DNA from: an uncultured Planctomicrobium sp.
GTDB taxonomy: Bacteria; Planctomycetota; Planctomycetia; Planctomycetales; Planctomycetaceae
DNA: 42,262 nt
Assembly: GCA_964596215.1 (NCBI GenBank)
Contig: CAZQUW010000002.1
Coordinates: 16,278-58,539 of the forward strand
Direction of reading: 5' to 3'
Shown: positions 37,177 through 42,262 of the stretch, in pieces
Position numbering within the stretch: position 1 is the first letter of the stretch
Layout of the letters: each line of letters opens with the position of its first letter
The notes under the pieces: model-generated
The model's database searches: none
Told to the model about the DNA's origin: nothing
The model's input: the letters and a program-made list of their open reading frames with translations, nothing else
Translations under genes and position numbers: made by a program

Positions 37177-38994
37177 GTGTCACTAGACTCGCCGAATTTT
37201 GATGACATTCTCCGCAAGTCATTACTGGAACGAGGTCTTGTTCGGCAGAGAGCCCGTAAGTCGCCTTACTGGACCTGCTGGTTGTCCTGGAGCCTGGTGG
37301 GACTGGCCGGATGCGCGACTTTCGACAGCAAATATGAGCGTGTCGAAATCACCAGCCCCGATTCGGCGTCGGCGGGTATCGCCACTGCCAGTGGTGGAAA
37401 AGGGGCTGGGAAACTCGTCGTACCACGGGGCATGAAGAGTGATAGATCCGGCCGAACCGGAAGCATCACGCAAACGTCTTATAAGCCTGCAGCATCCGGC
37501 AAGTTTGCAGACGTTGATGACACGACCGCCCGCGTCTCAATCTCGACGAAGCACGGCAGGGAACCAATTTCGGCCATCCAGCAAGTGGCCTTCTCGCAGA
37601 CGGATGCTGCGGAAACAGTGAAGGATCCCGCAGTTCCAGAAAAGAGCGGCATCGAGGTCCCGGAGGTCGGTTCCGGTGAATCCTCGAAACCAGAGGCTGC
37701 CGCGCCAGAACCGCCCGTTCCTCCAGCAGGTCCTATCGTTGATACGGCGATTGAGATCCAATCGCCCGACGGGGCAACCGGGATCAACCTGGATCAGACG
37801 ATTAACTTCTGCATGATCTCTGACCCCGTCATTCGCGCAGGACTGGAATCGATCAATCAAAGTAATGCCGAGGCCCTGACGGCGTCGTTGATCCCCAACC
37901 CCCAGTTCTTCACCGATCTGCAGCTGATGCCGCTGACCCACAAGTTTACCCCCACGCGACAGGGCGGACCCCCCCAGTTTGATGCCATCCTGTCGTACCC
38001 CATCGACTGGTTCCTGTTTGGCAAACGCGCCGCGATGATGGACGCTACCGACCTGGGTGTGCGGGTGAGCCAGTCTGAGTATCAGGATCTGGTTCGCGTG
38101 CGTGTGCTAGAGGCTGCCGTCAGCTATTACGGCGTGCTGGAAGCCAAAGCGTTGCGCGACGTGGCCCGCCAGGATGTCGAGAATTTTCGCCGGATCGAAG
38201 CGCTCACCAGTTCGGCCGTCGATAACGGGGGCCGGGCCAAAGTGGATCTCAACCGCATTCGCCTGGACCGCCTGAGAAGCGAGCACTCGTTGCGTGATGC
38301 CGAAAATGCGCTGATCGCGGCCTTTGCCCGGTTGCGGGTTTTACTGGGGGCTGATGTCAACGATCCCGCATTCGATGTCATCGGATCGCTGGATGCGGTG
38401 AATATGATCGAACCGCTCCCGATTGATGAGGCCGTGCAAATTGCGGATCAGAATCGCCCCGATCTGGAAGCTGCCCGCTGGAAGATTGCTCAAGCCGATG
38501 CCTTCATCGAATCCGAACGTCGCAAAGCGTATCCGACCGTGGTTCCCAGTTGGGGTTACACGCGGCAGTATCAAAACAAAGCCATTGGCTTTCCCAACGC
38601 CGATTCCTGGCTGGTCAACATGACCGTGTCTCTGCCATTTTTTGACCGCAACCAGGGCAACCAGGCGAAGGCCTCGTCGGTGGCGGCCCAAGTCGGGTAC
38701 CAGCTGCAGGCACGACGCGTGGCATTACGCGGTGAAGTCGTCAAAGCAACCCAGGAGCTGACCACCTCTGCCGCCAATTCGCAGGCTGTCGCCCAAGAAC
38801 AACTCGAGATCGCCAGGCAGGTGCGGGACAGCATTAACGCCTCCTATGAAGCGGGGGGGAGTCCCTTGCTGGATGCCCTGGATGCACAACGCAATTATCG
38901 TGAAACATACCGGTTGTTTATCATCAGTCGCGCGAACTATGCGCGGGCCGCCATTCAATACAGCGCCACTCTGGGCCAGCAAATGACACCCTGA
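37177..38994 (+). CDS. TolC/NodT-family outer-membrane efflux lipoprotein with a long N-terminal low-complexity extension
   Basis: The gene has a GTG start and a lipobox (LVGLAGC). About 190 residues rich in Ser/Ala/Pro/Glu come next. The two-repeat OMF body follows (INLDQTINFCMISDPVIRAG..., ...QRNYRETYRLFIISRANYARAAIQY). Confidence 0.85.
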   Translation: MSLDSPNFDDILRKSLLERGLVRQRARKSPYWTCWLSWSLVGLAGCATFDSKYERVEITSPDSASAGIATASGGKGAGKLVVPRGMKSDRSGRTGSITQTSYKPAASGKFADVDDTTARVSISTKHGREPISAIQQVAFSQTDAAETVKDPAVPEKSGIEVPEVGSGESSKPEAAAPEPPVPPAGPIVDTAIEIQSPDGATGINLDQTINFCMISDPVIRAGLESINQSNAEALTASLIPNPQFFTDLQLMPLTHKFTPTRQGGPPQFDAILSYPIDWFLFGKRAAMMDATDLGVRVSQSEYQDLVRVRVLEAAVSYYGVLEAKALRDVARQDVENFRRIEALTSSAVDNGGRAKVDLNRIRLDRLRSEHSLRDAENALIAAFARLRVLLGADVNDPAFDVIGSLDAVNMIEPLPIDEAVQIADQNRPDLEAARWKIAQADAFIESERRKAYPTVVPSWGYTRQYQNKAIGFPNADSWLVNMTVSLPFFDRNQGNQAKASSVAAQVGYQLQARRVALRGEVVKATQELTTSAANSQAVAQEQLEIARQVRDSINASYEAGGSPLLDALDAQRNYRETYRLFIISRANYARAAIQYSATLGQQMTP

Positions 38995-39140
38995 AGCGAC
39001 AACGCACCCCCCCAGGCAACTTCGAGATTGGCTGGGTGACTGCACAGTCGAATGGCCAGGTGCTGCACGACGTCGACAAGCGGCAGCTCCCCGTGGCCCC
39101 GGTCAGCATCTGGGCCTGATTCAGCTTGATCGTGTGCAAT

Positions 39141-40085
39141 TTACGCTTCAAAACTCTTCAACACCGTCTCGCGCATTTTCTCCAGGCCGGTCTTGGCAAC
39201 CACCAGCGGATCTTGTTTCCAGTATTCGCGGTTGAAGAGTTCCAGCGACAGCATCCCGCGGAATCCGTTGTGATGAAGCGTCTGCAGGATCATCCTGGTC
39301 GGGGCGATTCCGTCGCCCGGATAGACGCGGTCGGCGTCGGTGATGGTGGCGCGATCTGGAGTCGCCGGGTAGTCATTCACGTGGAAGACATGGATCCCCT
39401 GCCCTCCTAATAGCTTCAGACTGTCGAAGGCGGAACCGCCTTTGTGCAGGTGGTAAATGTCGGGCAGGACACAGGCATCGGGATGGCCGCTGGCGATTGC
39501 GGCGAACATCGTCTCGGCCAGCTTGCTGAGGGTCTTGGAAAATCCCCAGACTTCCAGTTGCGGGATAATGCCAGCCTGGCGACCGACCTCACACAGCGCG
39601 TGATAGCGTTCGCCGATTCGGGTCAGATCGGTCAGGGGGGCATTGGTGGCGCCGGCCGGAGGTGCCGCGATCCGTTTGCCGCCCAGCTGCACCAGGACAT
39701 CCATATCGCGTCTGGCATGCTCCAGTCCCTTTTTTCGGGCGGCTTCATCATCGACGATCCAATTGGCAAAGCCGATCGCGCTTTCGACTGACAGACCGAG
39801 GTCGGCAATCTTCTTGCCGAGGTCTTTGAGCGATCCGCCTGCCTGCACGTATTTTTCGAGAGTTCCCATCCACGGTTCGATGCCGCGGTAGCCCGCTTCG
39901 GCGGCGATCTCAACTTCACGTACAATCCCGAGTTCCTGGCCGCGAATGGTGCTGGTGTTGAAGCAGTAGCCGAACGGCTCTTTAGGGGAACTTGCAGCCG
40001 CGGGCTTGTCCGCCGCCCGGGTGATCGCCGGCAGCGACACGGCACAGGCCCCCAGGCTGGTAAGTGCTTCGCGGCGGTTCAACAT
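39141..40085 (-). CDS. Tat-exported xylose-isomerase-like TIM-barrel protein (sugar phosphate isomerase/epimerase family)
   Basis: The start at 40085 has AAGGA upstream. The twin-arginine signal is MLNRREALTSLGACAVSLPAITRA. Family features are GYRGIEPW, EVWGFS and HVNDYP. Confidence 0.85.
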   Translation of the reverse strand: MLNRREALTSLGACAVSLPAITRAADKPAAASSPKEPFGYCFNTSTIRGQELGIVREVEIAAEAGYRGIEPWMGTLEKYVQAGGSLKDLGKKIADLGLSVESAIGFANWIVDDEAARKKGLEHARRDMDVLVQLGGKRIAAPPAGATNAPLTDLTRIGERYHALCEVGRQAGIIPQLEVWGFSKTLSKLAETMFAAIASGHPDACVLPDIYHLHKGGSAFDSLKLLGGQGIHVFHVNDYPATPDRATITDADRVYPGDGIAPTRMILQTLHHNGFRGMLSLELFNREYWKQDPLVVAKTGLEKMRETVLKSFEA

Positions 40086-40393
40086 AGTCGAAAATCCTTC
40101 GTCCCGAGAGTACTGCGCGTGGTCATGGAGTGGGAAGTTTACAACGCTTTGGCCGGAACCGTCCAGTTGCATTGACCTGCCTGAAGAATGGCGGCCGCCG
40201 TGTGCGATCAGACTGACCGGGCTCATTGGAACGGCACCGCCACCCAGGATTGAGTCACAGGGCCCAAAGTCATACGACGGGGCCGCGAGACAACCGTGGA
40301 AAAGATAAGGTTGTCGTGAGTGAATCGCCGAGATAACATGAGCGATTGCTTATGTTTGCGATCTTGACGGTGTTGAGTGGAAGGTCCGCATTG

Positions 40394-41866
40394 ATGTCAG
40401 ACTCACAATTAACACGTCCCGCTCATCCGATTTCCCGGCGCACTGCGCTGCAGGCGGGGTCATTGGGCCTGTTGGGATTGTCGATGGCCGACGTGGCGCG
40501 CTGGCGCCAGACAGCGGCGCAGGCCGGCATTCCGGGGCCACGCCCCAAGTCAGTCATTTACATCTTTCTGACCGGCGGACCGTCGCAGCATGACACGTTC
40601 GATATGAAGCCGGAAGGCCCGGCGGAGTTCAAAGGCGAATTCAGCCCCATCGACACGCAAACCCCGGGTTTGCAGATTTGCGAGGGACTGCCATTACTCG
40701 CACAACGCAGCCAGAAATGGGCCCTGGTACGCTCCCTCAGCCATGCGGAAAGCGGGCATCAGGAGGGAACTTATGTCATGCTGACGGGGAGGTCCGCAAT
40801 CCCTTCCAGCTTTCGAGCCAGCAAGCCGCAGTCGACAGATTGGCCGTCGATCGTCGCTGTCGCCGGACATGCGACAGAACGCCGCAATAATCTCCCCGGC
40901 GGGGTCGTCTTGCCCGAGCGAATCGTCCATTCGAACCAGGGAGTCTACCCCGGTCAATTTGCGGGACTGATGGGCAGTCAGCACGAGCCGTGGTTCATCG
41001 ATGCGACCGACAAACCTCATGCTTATCATTCGTATTCCGGGGCATTCCCCAAGTACCTGTTCGATCTGCATAAAGGCGAACTGTCCGACAAGCTGGACTG
41101 GCGGTTCGAAGTTCCCAATCTGACCCTGCCGGAAGGGGTGTTTGACAAACGTTTTCAGCAACGGATGAACTTGCTGGACATCGTCGAGCAGCAGCGGCGG
41201 CAACTGGAGATCAAGGCGGCGGCGACTGGCTATGACCGCGTTCGGCAGTCTGCGATTTCATTGATGGGTGACGCCAAGGTGCGGCATGCATTTGATGTGC
41301 GCAAGGCTGACCCGAAGACGCTCGCCCGGTATGGAGACAACTCGTTCGGCTGGTCATTATTGATGGCCCGCCGCCTGGTGGAAATCGGCGTCAACATGGT
41401 GCAGGTCAATCTCGGCAACTTTGGCAGCTGGGATCTGCATGGAAACAACTTTAAGAACCTCAAGGATTACCTGTTTCCCCCAACAGATCTGGCGGTTTCC
41501 GGCTTGCTGGATGACCTGGAAGAACACGGGATGCTCGATGATACGCTGGTCGTCATGGCGGGCGAATTTGGCCGGACGCCGAAGATCTTCAACGTCGCAC
41601 CCAAGATTTATAAAACGCCGGGCCGTGACCACTGGGCACCACTGCAATCGGTCTGGTTCGCCGGGGGCGGCGTGCGGGGGGGAACAATTATTGGGGCGTC
41701 TGACCGGAACGGGGCCTACCCCACCGCCGACATGCAGACTCCCGAGAATTTCGCGGCGACGATCTATCATGCCTTGGGAATCCCGCGGGAAGCCGTCTGG
41801 CATGACGCCGCCAGTCGGCCGTATCACGTCTATCAGTCGGACCCAATCGAAGGCTTGTTTGCGTAA
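40394..41866 (+). CDS. DUF1501 domain protein (sulfatase-like fold, Tat signal)
   Basis: The Tat signal is ISRRTALQAGSLGLLGLS. The conserved blocks KSVIYIFLTGGPSQHDTFDMKPE, MAGEFGRTP and GRDHW are typical of Planctomycete DUF1501. Confidence 0.9.
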   Translation: MSDSQLTRPAHPISRRTALQAGSLGLLGLSMADVARWRQTAAQAGIPGPRPKSVIYIFLTGGPSQHDTFDMKPEGPAEFKGEFSPIDTQTPGLQICEGLPLLAQRSQKWALVRSLSHAESGHQEGTYVMLTGRSAIPSSFRASKPQSTDWPSIVAVAGHATERRNNLPGGVVLPERIVHSNQGVYPGQFAGLMGSQHEPWFIDATDKPHAYHSYSGAFPKYLFDLHKGELSDKLDWRFEVPNLTLPEGVFDKRFQQRMNLLDIVEQQRRQLEIKAAATGYDRVRQSAISLMGDAKVRHAFDVRKADPKTLARYGDNSFGWSLLMARRLVEIGVNMVQVNLGNFGSWDLHGNNFKNLKDYLFPPTDLAVSGLLDDLEEHGMLDDTLVVMAGEFGRTPKIFNVAPKIYKTPGRDHWAPLQSVWFAGGGVRGGTIIGASDRNGAYPTADMQTPENFAATIYHALGIPREAVWHDAASRPYHVYQSDPIEGLFA

Positions 41867-41877
41867 GCCAGGTTCCC

Positions 41878-42109
41878 GCGTATCGTGGGACGGGTCTCCA
41901 GGCCCGTCAGTCCACCGTTGCTCTTGAGCCGAATGACGAGCCGATTCTTCTAATCCCCGTCGTCGCATTTCTTCGTGTCCTTCGTGACCTTCTGTAAAAT
42001 AAGAGAAATTGAACAGAAGGTCATTAAGGACAAGAAGGTTTGAAAAGGTCATCCATAGAGCGAATTCACCGGGGACGGACGGTCCTGGAGAACCGTCCCA
42101 CGATACCGC
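41878..42109. repeat. Nested inverted-repeat element (about 232 bp) downstream of DUF1501
   Basis: The outer arms are GCGTATCGTGGGACGGGTCTCCAGG.. (41878-41916) and ..CCTGGAGAACCGTCCCACGATACCGC (42069-42109), matching at about 23 of 24 positions in the core. The inner arms are CTTCGTGTCCTTCGTGACCTTCTG (41971-41994) and CAGAAGGTCATTAAGGACAAGAAG (42014-42037), matching at 21 of 24. Confidence 0.6.
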
Positions 42110-42262
42110 TCAAAGAAAAAAAGACCCCGCCTCGGTGAACTGAGCTGGCCCGCATGAAAAAATCTAGCGGCTTCAGTTCTGTCGCCTTTGGCCAAGGCAA
42201 CTCCGAGACGGAGTCTCCGTGCGCGGTTGACCCGGACGGGCTAACCCGGCGGGGTGGGTTTG

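Noticed and set aside
41357-42052. A 231-aa minus-strand ORF starting MTFSNLLVLNDLLFNFSYFTEGHEGHEE.
   Set aside because: Most of it overlaps DUF1501 in antisense. Its N-terminus is simply the translation of the inverted-repeat element (CTTCGTG words give EGHEGHE).
42154-42262. An ATG-initiated plus-strand ORF running off the right edge (MKKSSGFSSVAFGQGNSETESPCAVDPDGLTRRGGF...).
   Set aside because: Only 36 codons are visible. The sequence has no signal or motif and largely overlaps a GC-rich REP-like word, so it cannot be supported from this window.

Overview
This is a 42.3-kb chromosomal window of roughly 55-60% GC. It looks like a Planctomycetota genome, probably Planctomycetaceae-like. 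The clues are a DUF1501 protein and a TIM-barrel isomerase that both carry Tat signals, a giant secreted protein with the N-terminal LEERALL motif, thioredoxin/YHS-like fusions, and many lipoproteins. I support 31 protein genes and one tRNA. I saw no rRNA, CRISPR array, transposase, integrase or phage genes.

Most of the window is housekeeping: hrpB, tadA, argJ, mogA, trpG/pabA, putA, a PfkB kinase and a HI0933 flavoprotein.

Four loci deserve attention:
1. 26.2-32.6 kb: a predicted outer-membrane beta-barrel gene is followed by a 1378-aa cytochrome with 10 haem sites fused to an LVIVD beta-propeller. This could be a porin-cytochrome electron conduit. A giant tandem GlcG/HbpS-like secreted protein is encoded divergently.
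2. 4.6-8.4 kb: a minimal cluster of an intact ketosynthase, a Cys-to-Thr ketosynthase-like partner (resembling a chain-length factor), a secreted DUF protein and a divergent dedicated ACP. No reductase, dehydratase or acyltransferase genes are present.
3. 8565-8659: a tRNA-Sec (anticodon UCA) sits between perfect 18-bp direct repeats, with an array of short repeats upstream of it.
4. 41.88-42.11 kb: a nested inverted-repeat element lies downstream of the DUF1501 gene.

All family assignments come from motif recognition by eye; no searches were run. Many long ORFs in the supplied track are antisense shadow ORFs of the real genes. The track also misses hrpB because that gene runs off the window edge.
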